64,000 nucleotides of DNA, taken from contig QCDI01000008.1 of the NCBI GenBank assembly GCA_003280965.1, positions 1 to 64,000 of the forward strand. Direction: 5' to 3'. Source of the stretch: Prochlorococcus sp. AG-355-B18 (GTDB taxonomy: Bacteria > Cyanobacteriota > Cyanobacteriia > PCC-6307 > Cyanobiaceae). Below, piece by piece: positions 8,673-20,627 of the stretch. The notes below the pieces were generated by a model that searched no databases, was not told where the DNA came from, and was given only the letters and a program-made list of their open reading frames with translations. Position numbers and translations under genes: made by a program. Every line of letters starts with the position of its first letter. Positions within the stretch are counted from its first letter, which is position 1.

Positions 8673-9991
8673 TAATTGTTGATTAGTCCCTCGTACCTTT
8701 GAGAAATGACATATGTCTGAATTTGCTTAGCAGTATCAATAGCAACACCAACAAGAATAAGTAATGACGTTGCACCTAAACCCTGAAAAGTCTGCACATT
8801 TGTAGCTCTTTCTACTGCGGCTGGAATTATAGCTACTGAACCAAGGAATAATCCTCCTAACAATGTCAACCTATTTTGTATCCCCGATAAATAGTTTGCC
8901 GTATTAGTTCCTGGTCTAACTCCTGGTATGGCAACTCCCCCTTTTTTTAAATTTGAAGCCACATCAACTGGATTAATTGTAAGGGATGCATAAAAGTAAG
9001 AGAATCCCAAAATTAAGGAAAAGAATGTAAAAGCATATGGCCATGGATTAGAAGATCCAGGATTTAAACTACTCGCTAATTTTATTAAGACCGGATTGCC
9101 TGTAACATTTGCAATAGTTATAGGTAAAAAGATTAAAGCAGATGCAAATATGATGGGCATGACTCCCCCTGCATTTAATTTTAAGGGCAAATAACTTTGT
9201 CTTGTAGGAAGTAATGTTGTATTTCCTATTTGCCTTTTTGCACTAACAATAGGAATACGTCTTGCACCCTCCTGGACAAAAATTATCCCAACAATTGTCA
9301 ATAAAAATACTCCAAGTAAAACTGCTATACCTAATACATCTCCTCGATCACCAGTTTGAGCTTTTTCAATGGTTGAACTAAGAGCCTTCGGTAAAGTCGA
9401 AACGATATTTAAAAAAATTACCAATGAAGCTCCTTGGCCAATTCCTTTCTCTGTAATTATTTCACTAAACCACATAACTAACATTGAGCCAGTAACTAGT
9501 GCTATAGAGGTTTGCAAGACGAATGTAGTTTCACTTATACCTTGAATTGCATATTGTCTGAGAATTAAAGAAAAAATAATACTCTGCAAAAACCCCCAAC
9601 CCAAAGAAACATACCTAGTTATTTGAGCAATTTTTCTTCTACCCGCTTCTCCTTCATTTTTTTGTAAATCTTCAAGTACAGGCAATGAAGCTGTGAGAAG
9701 CTGAATAATAATTGATGCGTTTATGAAGGGAAGTATACCTAATGCGAATATTCCCAGGGTTGAAATCCCTCCCCCAGTAAAAATATCTAAAAAACCTATT
9801 AATTGACCTCCTTGATCTATAAAACTTTTAAACGCAACCCTATCAATTCCGGGCATGGGGATATAGATACCAAGTCTTACTAAAAGAAGAAGACCTAAAG
9901 TTGTTAAAACTCTTCCCCTTAGCTCTTTATTTAAAAATAATTGGGACAGGATTTCAGAAGCGCTAGGATTTCTACTTTTGTTGACGAACAT
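8672..9991 (-). CDS. secY: Preprotein translocase SecY
   Basis: Multi-TM protein; [29 protein letters not shown]. Confidence 0.98.
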   Translation of the reverse strand: MFVNKSRNPSASEILSQLFLNKELRGRVLTTLGLLLLVRLGIYIPMPGIDRVAFKSFIDQGGQLIGFLDIFTGGGISTLGIFALGILPFINASIIIQLLTASLPVLEDLQKNEGEAGRRKIAQITRYVSLGWGFLQSIIFSLILRQYAIQGISETTFVLQTSIALVTGSMLVMWFSEIITEKGIGQGASLVIFLNIVSTLPKALSSTIEKAQTGDRGDVLGIAVLLGVFLLTIVGIIFVQEGARRIPIVSAKRQIGNTTLLPTRQSYLPLKLNAGGVMPIIFASALIFLPITIANVTGNPVLIKLASSLNPGSSNPWPYAFTFFSLILGFSYFYASLTINPVDVASNLKKGGVAIPGVRPGTNTANYLSGIQNRLTLLGGLFLGSVAIIPAAVERATNVQTFQGLGATSLLILVGVAIDTAKQIQTYVISQRYEGLINN

Positions 9992-10020
9992 TTTGAAGCT
10001 TACCTAAATTTTTAGTAAAT

Positions 10021-10479
10021 TTATTTATTATTTACAAGCTCGCAGGATCCACCTGCGTCCTCAATTTTTTGTTTTGCAACTTTTGTGAATGCATGCGCCT
10101 GGACTGTTAACTTTACATTAACTTTCCCGTTACCAAGAATTTTTAAAGGGAATTTTGGCTTATAAAGCAATCCTTTCTTAACTAGTGAATCTAAATTAAC
10201 GGTTTCATTTTCTTTAAAATCATTTAATTTATCTAGATTTATGATGGAAAAGTTCTTCTGATTAATTATTTCAAAGTGCTTTAATTTTGGAACTCTTCTA
10301 TACAAAGGCATTTGGCCACCTTCAAAACCTGGACGGGTGGGTCTTCCTGAACGTGACTTTTGTCCTCTCATTCCAAAACCGCATGAAGCTCCCTGGCCAG
10401 CAGCAATACCTCTGCCCTTTCTTAATTTCTTTTTCCTAGAGCCTGAGTTTGATTTAAGTCTATTTAATGTTGAAGTCAT
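10021..10479 (-). CDS. rplO: 50S ribosomal protein L15
   Basis: [15 protein letters not shown]; start taken at MTSTL. Confidence 0.96.
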   Translation of the reverse strand: MTSTLNRLKSNSGSRKKKLRKGRGIAAGQGASCGFGMRGQKSRSGRPTRPGFEGGQMPLYRRVPKLKHFEIINQKNFSIINLDKLNDFKENETVNLDSLVKKGLLYKPKFPLKILGNGKVNVKLTVQAHAFTKVAKQKIEDAGGSCELVNNK

Positions 10480-10484
10480 AATGT

Positions 10485-11108
10485 TCAAGAATAAAGCTGT
10501 TCAAGTGAGATGCCTCTCTCTCTTGAGGCAGATTTGTGTGTTCTTAATTGTGAAAGAGCTACCATAGCAGCTCTCGCATTATTCAAAGGTGTTTTACTAC
10601 CCAATCTTTTTGCTAAAACGTTTTTTATGCCTGCTAATTCTAAGACTGTTCTTATTGAACCACCAGCAATTACACCTGTACCAGGAGCAGCTGGTCTAAT
10701 AAGCACATTAGCAGCACCGTCTCTGCCTATAGATAAAGTTGGTATTGAATTATTTGGGGTTAATGGAACCCTAACAAGATTCTTTTTGCCATCTGAAACT
10801 CCCTTTCTAACCGCACCAATGACATCTCCAGCTTTTCCAACTCCAACTCCGACTTGACCTTTCTCATTACCAACGACGACGATTGCTCTAAAACTCATTT
10901 TTTTTCCACCTTTGACAGTTTTAGATACGCGTCTTATTTGAACAACCCTTTCTTGCCAATCAGAGTCTCTCTCTAGATTTTTCGAATCACCTCTTCTATT
11001 TCTTTTTCGATCATTGTTACGATTATTCTTTTTTTGTTCTCCAGGCATAGCTCCAGGAACGTTATCATTCTTAGATTGAGTTTCTTGTTTTGTTGGAGTG
11101 TCAGTCAT
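10485..11108 (-). CDS. rpsE: 30S ribosomal protein S5
   Basis: [21 protein letters not shown]. Confidence 0.98.
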   Translation of the reverse strand: MTDTPTKQETQSKNDNVPGAMPGEQKKNNRNNDRKRNRRGDSKNLERDSDWQERVVQIRRVSKTVKGGKKMSFRAIVVVGNEKGQVGVGVGKAGDVIGAVRKGVSDGKKNLVRVPLTPNNSIPTLSIGRDGAANVLIRPAAPGTGVIAGGSIRTVLELAGIKNVLAKRLGSKTPLNNARAAMVALSQLRTHKSASRERGISLEQLYS

Positions 11109-11122
11109 AGTAAAATTAATAG

Positions 11123-11491
11123 TTAGAATTCTAAGCCAGCTTCACGAGCAGCATCAGCAAGAGCCTTAACTCTCCCGTGATATAAATTACCTCCACGGTC
11201 GAAAATTACTTGCTTAATACCTTTTTTTATAGCTCTATTAGCTAATAATTTTCCGACAATAGAAGAAGAATTACAATCAGAAGGTAATTTCTCTGATTTT
11301 TCTCTTAGTTCTTTGTCTACAGTTGAAGCGGAACAAATAGTTTTTTGAGCACTATCGTCTATAACCTGAGCGTAAATGTGGTTATTAGAGCGAAAAACAG
11401 ACAATCTTGGACGCGTTGAATCTCCAATTAAGAATCTTCTTAATCTTCTATGTCTTTTTTGAGTTTGTAATTTTCTGGAAAGTTTGGTCAT
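11123..11491 (-). CDS. rplR: 50S ribosomal protein L18
   Basis: [22 protein letters not shown]. Confidence 0.98.
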   Translation of the reverse strand: MTKLSRKLQTQKRHRRLRRFLIGDSTRPRLSVFRSNNHIYAQVIDDSAQKTICSASTVDKELREKSEKLPSDCNSSSIVGKLLANRAIKKGIKQVIFDRGGNLYHGRVKALADAAREAGLEF

Positions 11492-11505
11492 TTTTTTAAG
11501 TGAAA

Positions 11506-12045
11506 TTATTTTTTGCCAGATTTACCAGCTTTTCTGAGAATTCTCTCATCATGATATTTAATTCCTTTTCCTTTATATGGTTCTGGAGGTCTAATTGATC
11601 TGATTTTTGCTGCTTCATTGCCAACAATTTCCTTATCAATTCCAGATACGGTAACGTTTGTATTACTCTCAACCTTGTATGTTATACCATCAGGGGGGAT
11701 TATTTCTACTGGATGACTATATCCTGCACTGACAACTAGATTTTTACCTTTTACTTGTGCTCTGGATCCAACTCCTACTATTTCAAGTTTCTTTGAAAAA
11801 CCTTGACTTACCCCTTCAATCATATTGGCAATTAAAGCTCGACATAAACCATGTCTTTGCCTTGATTGTATTTTTGTTGTTGTAGGACTCACGACAACAG
11901 TATTATCTTTTTTATCAAAACTAACCCCTTCAGGCATAAGACGTTTTAGCTCACCCTTGGGGCCTTTGACTATTACTGTTAATCCATCAAAATCAACTGT
12001 TACTTTTTCTGGAATAATTACTGGTGTTTTTCCAATTCTTGACAT
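11506..12045 (-). CDS. rplF: 50S ribosomal protein L6
   Basis: [15 protein letters not shown]. Confidence 0.98.
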   Translation of the reverse strand: MSRIGKTPVIIPEKVTVDFDGLTVIVKGPKGELKRLMPEGVSFDKKDNTVVVSPTTTKIQSRQRHGLCRALIANMIEGVSQGFSKKLEIVGVGSRAQVKGKNLVVSAGYSHPVEIIPPDGITYKVESNTNVTVSGIDKEIVGNEAAKIRSIRPPEPYKGKGIKYHDERILRKAGKSGKK

Positions 12046-12057
12046 GATTAATTCTCC

Positions 12058-12459
12058 TTAATAAACATAACAAAGGACTTCGCCGCCAATGCCTTGCTTC
12101 CTGGCATCGCGATCACTCATGACACCTTTAGATGTTGAGATGATGGCAACTCCAAGACCTCCAAGAACTTTTGGTAAGCCTCTAGTATTTTTATAAATTC
12201 TCAAACCAGGTTTACTAACTCTTTGCATAGATCGAATAGTAGGGAATTTATTTTTACCACTGTATTTTAAACCAAGTATTATTTGTGATTTATAACCTTC
12301 ACCTTCCTCATTAATATCAGAAATGAAACCCTCTTTTTGAAGCACTTTGGCAATACTTAAGGACATTTTTGAACTTGGAATTGTTGTAGTTGTATGCTTT
12401 TTTTGACTCGCATTTCTAATTCGAGTAAGCATATCTGAAATAGGATCGTGATTTGACAT
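12058..12459 (-). CDS. rpsH: 30S ribosomal protein S8
   Basis: [21 protein letters not shown]. Confidence 0.98.
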   Translation of the reverse strand: MSNHDPISDMLTRIRNASQKKHTTTTIPSSKMSLSIAKVLQKEGFISDINEEGEGYKSQIILGLKYSGKNKFPTIRSMQRVSKPGLRIYKNTRGLPKVLGGLGVAIISTSKGVMSDRDARKQGIGGEVLCYVY

Positions 12460-12468
12460 AGTTTTAAT

Positions 12469-13008
12469 TTAATTCTTACTAAAAGGCATTCCTAACTCTT
12501 GCAAAAGAGCTTTACCTTCTTGATCTGATTTTGCACTAGTGACAATAGTTATATCCATACCTCTTATTGAATCTATTTTATCAAAAGAGATTTCAGGAAA
12601 AATCAGTTGCTCCTTAACTCCAACTGTGTAATTTCCTCTCCCATCAAAACTTTTTGGATTAACTCCTCTAAAGTCTCTTATTCTTGGTAAAGCAAGATTT
12701 ATAAATCTCTCCAAAAAGGAATACATCCTGTCCCCTCTCAAAGTTACAGTACAACCAATCGGCATACCTTCACGAATTTTGAAACCCGCGATAGCTTTTT
12801 TAGCCCTAGTTACTAAGGCTTTTTGTCCTGTAATTGTTGCCATTTCATTTAAGGAAGCTTCAAGAGCTTTTGAATTTGAAGCAGCTTCACCAAGACCTCT
12901 ATTTACGTTGACTTTGACAACTTTAGGTACTTGATGAATATTTTTGAGACCAAGATCCTTTAAAAGTTTTGGTCTAATTGATTCTTTGTAGCGATTTTTT
13001 AGAGTCAT
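12469..13008 (-). CDS. rplE: 50S ribosomal protein L5
   Basis: [16 protein letters not shown]. Confidence 0.98.
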   Translation of the reverse strand: MTLKNRYKESIRPKLLKDLGLKNIHQVPKVVKVNVNRGLGEAASNSKALEASLNEMATITGQKALVTRAKKAIAGFKIREGMPIGCTVTLRGDRMYSFLERFINLALPRIRDFRGVNPKSFDGRGNYTVGVKEQLIFPEISFDKIDSIRGMDITIVTSAKSDQEGKALLQELGMPFSKN

Positions 13009-13082
13009 AATTTTTTGTTAATTCTGGTCTTTGTCAGAATTGATAAATTAGAAAAAGTTGAAATCTGGTTTCTGATGAAAAA

Positions 13083-13439
13083 TTAATCAATTACTTCACC
13101 AGTTTTCTTCAATCTTCTTTTCTTAACTCCCTCTTTATCAATAAAATATTCAATCTTACTTGTAAGATTTTTATCCTTTGAAAAAAACATTACATTTGAT
13201 GCATGTAAAGATGCTTCTTCAGTAAGTATTCTTCCAGTTTCACCTTCCTGAGTTGGTTTTACATGTTTAGTCCTAAGGTTAATTCCTTTAACTACAACTC
13301 TATTTTCAAGAGGGATGGTTTTTAAAACCTCTCCAGTTTTACCTTTTTCCTTTCCGTTAATTACTTTTACTAAATCTCCAGTTTTGATTCTCATTTTTAT
13401 TCTTTGGAAATTCTTCTTTTGTTTTAATGAATCCAACAT
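13083..13439 (-). CDS. rplX: 50S ribosomal protein L24
   Basis: KOW motif [16 protein letters not shown]. Confidence 0.97.
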   Translation of the reverse strand: MLDSLKQKKNFQRIKMRIKTGDLVKVINGKEKGKTGEVLKTIPLENRVVVKGINLRTKHVKPTQEGETGRILTEEASLHASNVMFFSKDKNLTSKIEYFIDKEGVKKRRLKKTGEVID

Positions 13440-13805
13440 TTAAATCACCTCCGGAGCAAGAGAAACAATTTTAGTGTAATTTTTATCCCGTAGTTCTCTC
13501 GCTACAGGACCAAAAACTCTAGTTCCTTTTGGATTCTTATCCTCATTAATCAAAACAGCAGCATTATCATCAAATCTGATTGAATTACCAGTATTTCTTC
13601 TTAATGTGGCTTTTGTTCTAACGATGACAGCTTTCACAACCTCAGATTTCTTAACTCCCATATTTGGAAGAGCATCTTTAACAGTTGCTACAATGACATC
13701 CCCAACATGTGCATATCTTCTATTAGAACCCAAGACTCTAATACACTGGAGTCTTTTAGCACCACTGTTATCTGCAACTGTTAAATAAGTTTCTTGTTGA
13801 ATCAT
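13440..13805 (-). CDS. rplN: 50S ribosomal protein L14
   Basis: [21 protein letters not shown]. Confidence 0.98.
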
Positions 13806-14068
13806 TTTTTGATCTCCTCTGACTTAATTGTTTTATTGAGGATCTCTTCTATTGCCCATCTTTTGTGAGCACTAAGTGGTCTAGTTTCTCTAATTTTTAC
13901 TCGATCACCTAAAGCACATGTATTTTCAGGATCATGAGCCTTATATCTCGTAGTCCTACTCACAATTTTTTTATAAGTGGGATGTGGATATCTGTTAATA
14001 ACAGCAACAACAACTGTTTTGTCCATCTTGTCGCTGACAACAGTACCAATTCTTTCTTTAAGTGCCAT
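13802..14068 (-). CDS. rpsQ: 30S ribosomal protein S17
   Basis: [15 protein letters not shown]. Confidence 0.98.
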
Positions 14069-14077
14069 AACTAATAA

Positions 14078-14296
14078 TTAATCTGAAGTTGTTTGAGAAG
14101 CAGATTGACTCTTACTGATAGTAAGTAATTGCGCAACTTGTTTCTTTATAATTTTAAATTTATGAGTTTCATTGAGCTGTCTAGTAGCTTGTTTAAATCT
14201 CAAATCAAAAAGATCTTTTCGTAGTTGGTCAATTTTTTCAGTAATTTGAGCAGAATTTAATTTTTTAAATTCTTTAAGAGACTCTGAGTTTTTCAT
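14078..14296 (-). CDS. rpmC: 50S ribosomal protein L29
   Basis: [10 protein letters not shown]; operon position. Confidence 0.95.
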   Translation of the reverse strand: MKNSESLKEFKKLNSAQITEKIDQLRKDLFDLRFKQATRQLNETHKFKIIKKQVAQLLTISKSQSASQTTSD

Positions 14297-14775
14297 TGTT
14301 TAACCTCCTCTTGAGATTGTTTATTATTTTTTATCTTTTCTTGGGAAGGAGCTTCTAGATTTTTATCAATCGAAATAAATTTTGTTTTTACAGGGAGTTT
14401 GTATTGAGCGAGACGCATAGCTTCTTTTGCAATTTCCTCAGTGATATCCTCACCACCCATTTCAAAAAGTATTCTTCCAGGTTTCACGACTGCAACCCAA
14501 AATTCAGGATTACCTTTACCAGAACCCATTCTAGTTTCAGCAGGTCTCATGGTTACAGGTTTATCAGGAAAAATTCTTATCCAGATTTGACCTCCACGTT
14601 TAATATATCTTGTCATAGCTCGTCGACTTGCCTCAATCTGGCGTGCGGTGACCCATCCGCAGTCTTGCGCTTGGAGAGCAAATTGACCGAAAGCAATTTT
14701 ATTACCCTTAGAGGCCACCCCCCTCATTCTGCCTCTATGTTGTTTACGAAATTTTGTGCGTTTTGGACTAAGCAT
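14293..14775 (-). CDS. rplP: 50S ribosomal protein L16
   Basis: [18 protein letters not shown]. Confidence 0.98.
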   Translation of the reverse strand: MLSPKRTKFRKQHRGRMRGVASKGNKIAFGQFALQAQDCGWVTARQIEASRRAMTRYIKRGGQIWIRIFPDKPVTMRPAETRMGSGKGNPEFWVAVVKPGRILFEMGGEDITEEIAKEAMRLAQYKLPVKTKFISIDKNLEAPSQEKIKNNKQSQEEVKQ

Positions 14776-14786
14776 TTTTATACCTC

Positions 14787-15518
14787 CTATGAATTCTCAT
14801 TTGAACGGTCCTCAAATTGTTGAGGTCTTCTACTAGCTTTCCTCTTAGGGTTTGCACCCACTGGAATTGTTTGTTCTTCTTTAGGAAGAACTTCTCCTTT
14901 GAAAACCCAAACTTTAATACCTAATACGCCATAAGTCGTATTAGCTTCACGTGTTGAATAGTCAATTTCAGCTCTCAAAGTATGTAAAGGAACTCTACCT
15001 TCTCTGGTCCATTCTGTTCTAGCGATTTCAGCACCGTTCAACCTTCCCCCTACCTGTATTTTAAGACCTAGCACTCCAGCCCTTTGAGCCCTCTGCAATG
15101 CCATCCTTATAGTTCTTCTAAAGGCGACTCTTTTTTCAAGTTGTTGCGCAATATATTCGGCCAGTAAAAAAGCATCAGCGTCAACGCGCTCAACTTCAAC
15201 AACATTTATTCTGACTTGCCTTGTTCTATCACCAATAGTTTTTTGAATCCCAGATCTTAATTCTTCAATACCACTTCCTTGTCTTCCAACTATCACTCCT
15301 GGTCTTGCTGTTTTTAACTCAAGTTCCAGTTGATCAGCTTTCCTTGCTATCAGTACATCGCTAATTCCTGCTGCACCATATTTTTTCGCTATAAAAGTAC
15401 GAATCTTAAAATCTTCTTGAAGAAGAATTGGATATGTTTTAGAAGTAGCAAACCATTTGGAGCGATGCTCTTGCGTAATTCCTAACCTTAGTCCAGAAGG
15501 ATGTATTTTATGTCCCAT
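14787..15518 (-). CDS. rpsC: 30S ribosomal protein S3
   Basis: [17 protein letters not shown]. Confidence 0.98.
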   Translation of the reverse strand: MGHKIHPSGLRLGITQEHRSKWFATSKTYPILLQEDFKIRTFIAKKYGAAGISDVLIARKADQLELELKTARPGVIVGRQGSGIEELRSGIQKTIGDRTRQVRINVVEVERVDADAFLLAEYIAQQLEKRVAFRRTIRMALQRAQRAGVLGLKIQVGGRLNGAEIARTEWTREGRVPLHTLRAEIDYSTREANTTYGVLGIKVWVFKGEVLPKEEQTIPVGANPKRKASRRPQQFEDRSNENS

Positions 15519-15904
15519 CAGTTTTGTACCTCCGCATTAGTTTGAGTAGGAGCAGATTCAACAGAAATACTAATATGGCAAGTCTGTTTTTTGATTGAAA
15601 AAGCTCTACCTTGAGCTCTAGGCCTATACCTTTTCATTACCGGACCACTATTAGCCCATGCAGAGGAAATAAAAAGGGTAGATGGATCCATTCCAAGATT
15701 ATGCTCTGCATTAGCAACTGCAGATCTAAGAACTTTAGTAATTGGATCAGTAGATCTGTAAGGCATAAATTCCAACATAATTAATGCATCTCTATATGAC
15801 CGACCCCTTATTTGATCAAGAACTCTTCTGACTTTAGAGGCTGATCCTCTAACATAGTTTCCATGAGCAATAGCCGTTTTTGTTGTTTCAGGTGTTTTTG
15901 TCAT
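15518..15904 (-). CDS. rplV: 50S ribosomal protein L22
   Basis: [17 protein letters not shown]. Confidence 0.98.
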   Translation of the reverse strand: MTKTPETTKTAIAHGNYVRGSASKVRRVLDQIRGRSYRDALIMLEFMPYRSTDPITKVLRSAVANAEHNLGMDPSTLFISSAWANSGPVMKRYRPRAQGRAFSIKKQTCHISISVESAPTQTNAEVQN

Positions 15905-16179
15905 TATTTTGCTCCTTTCTTATCTCTTATGTGACCCCGGTAAGTGCGTGTAGGAGCAAATTCTCCAAGTTTATGACCGATCATTTGTTCGGTTATAAAT
16001 ACAGGAATATGGGTCTTGCCATTATGTACCGCGATTGTATGGCCAATCATTACAGGTAAAATCGTAGAGGCTCTAGACCAAGTTTTGATAACAGACTTGT
16101 CATTATCAGTGTTTTGTTTTTCTACCTTTTTGAGCAGGCTATCTGCTATGAAAGGTCCTTTTTTTAGTGATCGTCCCAT
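15904..16179 (-). CDS. rpsS: 30S ribosomal protein S19
   Basis: [19 protein letters not shown]. Confidence 0.98.
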   Translation of the reverse strand: MGRSLKKGPFIADSLLKKVEKQNTDNDKSVIKTWSRASTILPVMIGHTIAVHNGKTHIPVFITEQMIGHKLGEFAPTRTYRGHIRDKKGAK

Positions 16180-16216
16180 GTTTATAAAATAGAAATTAAA
16201 GTCATAAATGAAGTAA

Positions 16217-17080
16217 TCAAGAGTCTCTTCCTCCTCTACTCCTCTTAGAAACGCGACGACGTCTTCGAACTACTAATTTATTACTTGGTTTGTTCTTTTT
16301 ACGTGTCTTTAACCCAAGAGCTGGCTTACCCCATGGCGTAACAGGGCCTGCTCTACCAATTGGTGCTTTTCCCTCTCCTCCTCCATGTGGATGATCACAT
16401 GGGTTCATTACACTTCCTCTTACTTGTGGCCTTCTTCCAAGCCATCTTCTTCTACCTGCTTTACCTAAACTAGTATTTCTTATTTCAGAATTACCAACTT
16501 CTCCAAGAGTTGCATAGCATTCCTTTCTAACAAGTCTTACTTCGGTAGATGGCAGTTTTAAAGCAACATAATCTCCCTCTTTTGCCATAACTTGTGCACT
16601 AGCTCCAGCTGATCTAACCATTTGTGCACCTCTTCCTGCATATAACTCGACACAATGAACACTACATCCTAATGGCATAACAGAAAGTGGCATTGCATTT
16701 CCATCTTCAATTGGAACACTCTCTCCAGATATAACATTTTGGCCAACTTTCACTCCAGCTGGAGCGATAATATATCTTTTCTCTCCATCTTCATAAAATA
16801 AGAGTGCAAGCCTAGCATTTCTATGAGGATCGTAGTGGATAGCTGCAACTTTAGCATTAATATTTCTCTTATCTCTTCTAAAATCGACCAATCTATATTG
16901 CCTTTTGTGACCACCTCCACGATGACGGCAAGTAATAACTCCACGATTATTCCTACCTTTAACTCTATGTTTCGGAACTATTAGTGATCTCTCAGGTTTC
17001 GCACTTGTTATTTCACTAAAATCAGTAACTACTCTCTGTCTAGTACCAGGTGTATAAGGTTTAAATTTACGAATTGCCAT
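16217..17080 (-). CDS. rplB: 50S ribosomal protein L2
   Basis: [23 protein letters not shown]. Confidence 0.98.
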   Translation of the reverse strand: MAIRKFKPYTPGTRQRVVTDFSEITSAKPERSLIVPKHRVKGRNNRGVITCRHRGGGHKRQYRLVDFRRDKRNINAKVAAIHYDPHRNARLALLFYEDGEKRYIIAPAGVKVGQNVISGESVPIEDGNAMPLSVMPLGCSVHCVELYAGRGAQMVRSAGASAQVMAKEGDYVALKLPSTEVRLVRKECYATLGEVGNSEIRNTSLGKAGRRRWLGRRPQVRGSVMNPCDHPHGGGEGKAPIGRAGPVTPWGKPALGLKTRKKNKPSNKLVVRRRRRVSKRSRGGRDS

Positions 17081-17092
17081 GATTAAAACTCC

Positions 17093-17395
17093 TTAAGATT
17101 CTGGGAAAAGTTGGATTTTGTCTCCTTCAGCAAGACGTACAATTGCTTTCTTGACCTGAGAACGTTTACCGGAAAATTTCCCGACTCTTCTTGTTCTCCT
17201 AGGAGGATTCATAGTGTTAACTCCTATGACTTTAACACTAAACAAGGCTTCAATAGCTGCCTTAATTTGTGGTTTTGCAGCTCTATGATCTACCTCGAAA
17301 GTATATTGATTAAGATCTAGTGCGTTTGTAGCTTTCTCAGTAATAACTGGCTTTCGTATTACATCAGCTAAACGAGAATCGAATAATTTACTCAT
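17093..17395 (-). CDS. rplW: 50S ribosomal protein L23
   Basis: PVITEKA, KKAIVRL. Confidence 0.98.
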   Translation of the reverse strand: MSKLFDSRLADVIRKPVITEKATNALDLNQYTFEVDHRAAKPQIKAAIEALFSVKVIGVNTMNPPRRTRRVGKFSGKRSQVKKAIVRLAEGDKIQLFPES

Positions 17396-18024
17396 GATGC
17401 ATAAACCTCCTGAATTTTATTTATAGCTGATTGACCTATTACCAACTTATTAGCATTGAGAATATCAAATACATTTAATTGATCGGCTGCGATTAATTTT
17501 ACCTTTTCAATATTATTAATAGATTTTTTTATTACATCGGAAGGGCTATCAAGAATAACTAAGACTTTTTCAGTTTTTTGTATACCTAATCGAGCTAGGC
17601 CATTGATGATGTCACTTGTTTTAGGTTGCTTTATGGTAGAACCAAAATCTTCAACAGCCTTCATATCAGATACTCTGGACATAAGTGCTGTTCGTAGAGC
17701 TAATCTACGTTCCTTACGATTCATATCAAGATTGTAAGAACGTGGTTTCGGCCCAAAAATAATTCCACCCCCAGGTCTTAAGGGTGTTCTTATTGATCCT
17801 TGACGAGCCCTTCCTGTACCTTTCTGTTTATATGGTTTTCTACCACCACCACGTACTTCAGATCGTGTCAAAGTTGATGCAGTCCCTTGTCTTTTGTTTG
17901 CTAGTTGCCTAAGAACTGCTCTATGGATTAGGTCTGCCGAAGAAGTTTCCTTAGCAACTGCTAAATCAAGAGTGACTTTCCCTGATTTTTTTCCATCCCA
18001 CTTAAGAGTTTCGAGTGTTGTCAT
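17392..18024 (-). CDS. rplD: 50S ribosomal protein L4
   Basis: [18 protein letters not shown]. Confidence 0.98.
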   Translation of the reverse strand: MTTLETLKWDGKKSGKVTLDLAVAKETSSADLIHRAVLRQLANKRQGTASTLTRSEVRGGGRKPYKQKGTGRARQGSIRTPLRPGGGIIFGPKPRSYNLDMNRKERRLALRTALMSRVSDMKAVEDFGSTIKQPKTSDIINGLARLGIQKTEKVLVILDSPSDVIKKSINNIEKVKLIAADQLNVFDILNANKLVIGQSAINKIQEVYAS

Positions 18025-18674
18025 GATTTTTCACCTCCTTTATTTCCTACAACATTGTTTGGCTTAATATTGACGATTGAGCCAGGCTTACCTGGGACAG
18101 AACCTTTTACTACAAGCAAATTTTTCTGGTCATCAATTTTTAGAACTAACAAACCTTTAGTAGTTATCTGTTTCCCTCCATATCTACCTGCCATTCTTTT
18201 ACCAGGATAAATTCTGCCTGGAGTTGTTCCTGCTCCTGTAGAACCTGGAGCTCTATGATTTTTTGAACCATGACTCATAGGGCCTCTGCTAAATCCATGT
18301 CTTTTCTGGTATCCAGCAAAACCTCTACCCATAGATTTACCACTAATATCAACCTTTTGGCCGACTTCAAAGTTTTTTACAGTTATTTGATTTCCGATTT
18401 CATAAGATGAAGTTTCTTCAACCCTATATTCTTTTAAATGCTTTAAAAGTTCTTCACCTGATTTGAGTAAATGTCCCTTTGCAGGTTTACTAATATGCTT
18501 CTCTTTAGACAAACCATACCCTATCTGAACGGCTGTGTAACCATCCAAAGCGTTAGTTTTCAATTGCGTGACTCGGCATGGGCCAGCCTCAATAAGAGTA
18601 ACTGGTACTGCATTACCTTTATCGTCAAAAAGTTGGGACATGCCCAATTTCTTTCCTAAAATTCCTATAGACAT
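18021..18674 (-). CDS. rplC: 50S ribosomal protein L3
   Basis: [19 protein letters not shown]; start moved to ATG 18674. Confidence 0.98.
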   Translation of the reverse strand: MSIGILGKKLGMSQLFDDKGNAVPVTLIEAGPCRVTQLKTNALDGYTAVQIGYGLSKEKHISKPAKGHLLKSGEELLKHLKEYRVEETSSYEIGNQITVKNFEVGQKVDISGKSMGRGFAGYQKRHGFSRGPMSHGSKNHRAPGSTGAGTTPGRIYPGKRMAGRYGGKQITTKGLLVLKIDDQKNLLVVKGSVPGKPGSIVNIKPNNVVGNKGGEKS

Positions 18675-18766
18675 AAGACTAAAGTAGGCTAGCTCGTAAT
18701 GATTTTTCAATTATCTAAACCTTACATTTAGAAGGTCTGGTTAATAAAAAACAATTAATTAAGGTT

Positions 18767-18890
18767 GAGACTTATCTAAAAACTTAGATAGTTTCTCCAG
18801 GGATAAACCCACCTGATCTTTTTTAGCGAAACGCTAAAAAATGTGAAAATTTTGTAGAGGCTCGGCTAGCTTGCGAGCATAAAAATTCAC
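18767..18890 (-). promoter_or_regulatory. Structured 5' leader of the rplC (S10-type) operon
   Basis: Consecutive inverted repeats: TATCTAA/TTAGATA; TTTTTTAGCG-AAA-CGCTAAAAAA at 18819-18841; GTGAA..GCTCG..CGAGC..TTCAC at 18843-18890. Confidence 0.6.
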
Positions 18891-18955
18891 TGAATTACAA
18901 TTGTACATCATCAAGTACCATAAAATAAAATAAAATAGAAATAAAGGAAATTTTT

Positions 18956-19432
18956 ATGCCATTACTTCTTACAGGAAATAAGTTTCATAACGATCTAAAA
19001 ACTAACAAATGTCTTGCAATCTTTGCTCCTCTTGAAGGTGGTTATGAAACTCGTCTTTTGAGGAGAATGAGAGCCAAGGGCTTTAAAACTTTTATAACCT
19101 CAGCAAGAGGACTTGGAGATCCAGAAGTATTTTTGCTCAAATTACATGGCATTAGGCCACCTCATCTAGGTCATCAAAGCGTAGGAAGAAATGGAGCCCT
19201 CGGTGAAGTACAACAGGTAATCCCAATGGCTGCTGAGTTATTTAATGAAAATGATAAAAATAAATTACTCTGGTTGCTAGAAGGTCAAGTGATGTCTCAA
19301 TCTGAGTTAGAGAGCTTAATAGAGATTTGTACAAAAGATAATAAACTAACAATTGTTGTTGAAATGGGGGGTTCAAGAAAACTTGAATGGAAATCATTAA
19401 ATGACTATATTTTGGATGAATTTGAAACTTAA
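18956..19432 (+). CDS. ndhN: NAD(P)H-quinone oxidoreductase subunit N
   Basis: [27 protein letters not shown]. Confidence 0.95.
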   Translation: MPLLLTGNKFHNDLKTNKCLAIFAPLEGGYETRLLRRMRAKGFKTFITSARGLGDPEVFLLKLHGIRPPHLGHQSVGRNGALGEVQQVIPMAAELFNENDKNKLLWLLEGQVMSQSELESLIEICTKDNKLTIVVEMGGSRKLEWKSLNDYILDEFET

Positions 19433-19437
19433 ATTGT

Positions 19438-20445
19438 TTGAATAAAATCAAGAATAAAAAAGGTAAATGGATTAAGTTGATTTGTGGCGCCAGTAATGAA
19501 GATATTGTTGCTATCGAAGATTTATGTGCAATTTATACTGCTGCAGGTGTCGACTACATTGATGTTGCCGCTGAAGAATCTATAGTTAATGCAGCAAAAA
19601 AAGGAATCGAGTGGGCCCAAAAAATCTGTAACAACTCCCCTGGATTAATGATAAGCATAAGTGATGGTAATGATATCCACTTTCGTAAAGCAAAATTTGA
19701 TCCATTAAGATGTCCTTCTAATTGTTCAAGACCTTGCGAAAAAGTATGCCCCACTTTTGCTATTGATATTTCTGGGATCAAAGAAAGTAAATGTTATGGA
19801 TGTGGAAGGTGCATAAATAGTTGTCCTCTAAATCTAATTAGTGAATATGAATACAATTTGTCAAAATATGATTTAGCAACAACACTCCAAAAAACAAAGC
19901 CTAATGCTGTAGAAATTCATACAAGTATCAATCGCTTAGATTCTTTTGCAAAAGTTGTAAGTATCCTTAAAAGTTCTGAAACGAAATTGGATAAGATATC
20001 TGTCAGTTGTGGATTAAATCAATCTTTAAAAAAATTACAAGAGCCCGAAGATCTTTTGAGAGCTCTCTGGGAAAGATATGATATTCTCGCAGAACTCAAT
20101 ATTCCCCTTATTTGGCAGCTAGATGGAAGGCCAATGTCTGGTGATCTTGCTCCAACAACAAGTAGAGATACAGTTAAATTGTTTGAAAAAATCGGTTCAG
20201 ATCTTCCACCAGGATTAATTCAATTGGCAGGAGGAACAAATGAAAAAACTCATGAATTTTTGAAGTCAAACAAATTACCAGATGGAATAGCATTTGGAAG
20301 TGCTGCAAGAAAAATTATGCAGCCCCTTATTGAATTTGCGCACAAAAATAACAAAAGACTCTATGAGTATCCTGAAAGAATGGCATTAGCAATCAAAAAA
20401 GCTCAGAAATTTTTAGAGCCATGGAAATCGAAATCATTCAAATGA
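19438..20445 (+). CDS. ldpA: Light-dependent period Fe-S protein LdpA
   Basis: WIKLICGAS, HFRKA, two 4Fe-4S Cys clusters (CPSNCSRPCEKVCP, CYGCGRC...CP), QLAGGTN. Confidence 0.9.
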   Translation: MNKIKNKKGKWIKLICGASNEDIVAIEDLCAIYTAAGVDYIDVAAEESIVNAAKKGIEWAQKICNNSPGLMISISDGNDIHFRKAKFDPLRCPSNCSRPCEKVCPTFAIDISGIKESKCYGCGRCINSCPLNLISEYEYNLSKYDLATTLQKTKPNAVEIHTSINRLDSFAKVVSILKSSETKLDKISVSCGLNQSLKKLQEPEDLLRALWERYDILAELNIPLIWQLDGRPMSGDLAPTTSRDTVKLFEKIGSDLPPGLIQLAGGTNEKTHEFLKSNKLPDGIAFGSAARKIMQPLIEFAHKNNKRLYEYPERMALAIKKAQKFLEPWKSKSFK

Positions 20446-20539
20446 TTTTTTTATTTTTTAAAACATGCGCCATGTTTATAAAAACTTTGTATTTTTTTGA
20501 TAGAAAAAAATCTTTTGATGTATTAAACTAAAAGTTCAA

Positions 20540-20611
20540 TGGGCCGTCGCCAAGTGGTAAGGCATCGGGTTTTGGTCTCGACATTCCTAGGTTCGAATCC
20601 TAGCGGCCCAG
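20540..20611 (+). tRNA. trnQ: tRNA-Gln(TTG)
   Basis: TGGGCCGTCGCCAAGTGGTAAGGCA-TCGGG-TTTTGGT-CTCGA...GGTTCGAATCC-TAGCGGCCCAG. Confidence 0.97.
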
Positions 20612-20627
20612 TTCTAATATTTAATTA

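Noticed and set aside
5759..18674. Absence of rpsJ, rpsN, rpmD, infA and rpsD from the ribosomal cluster
   Set aside because: Relocation or absence of these genes is known in cyanobacterial versions of this cluster, and no pseudogene remnants are visible.
18902..18919. TGTACATCATCAAGTACC as a LexA or NtcA site
   Set aside because: Half-site spacing fits neither RGTAC-N3-DGTWCB nor GTA-N8-TAC.
20461..20477. AAACATG-CGC-CATGTTT hairpin after ldpA as a terminator
   Set aside because: Weak AT-rich stem with a 3-nt loop; not enough support.
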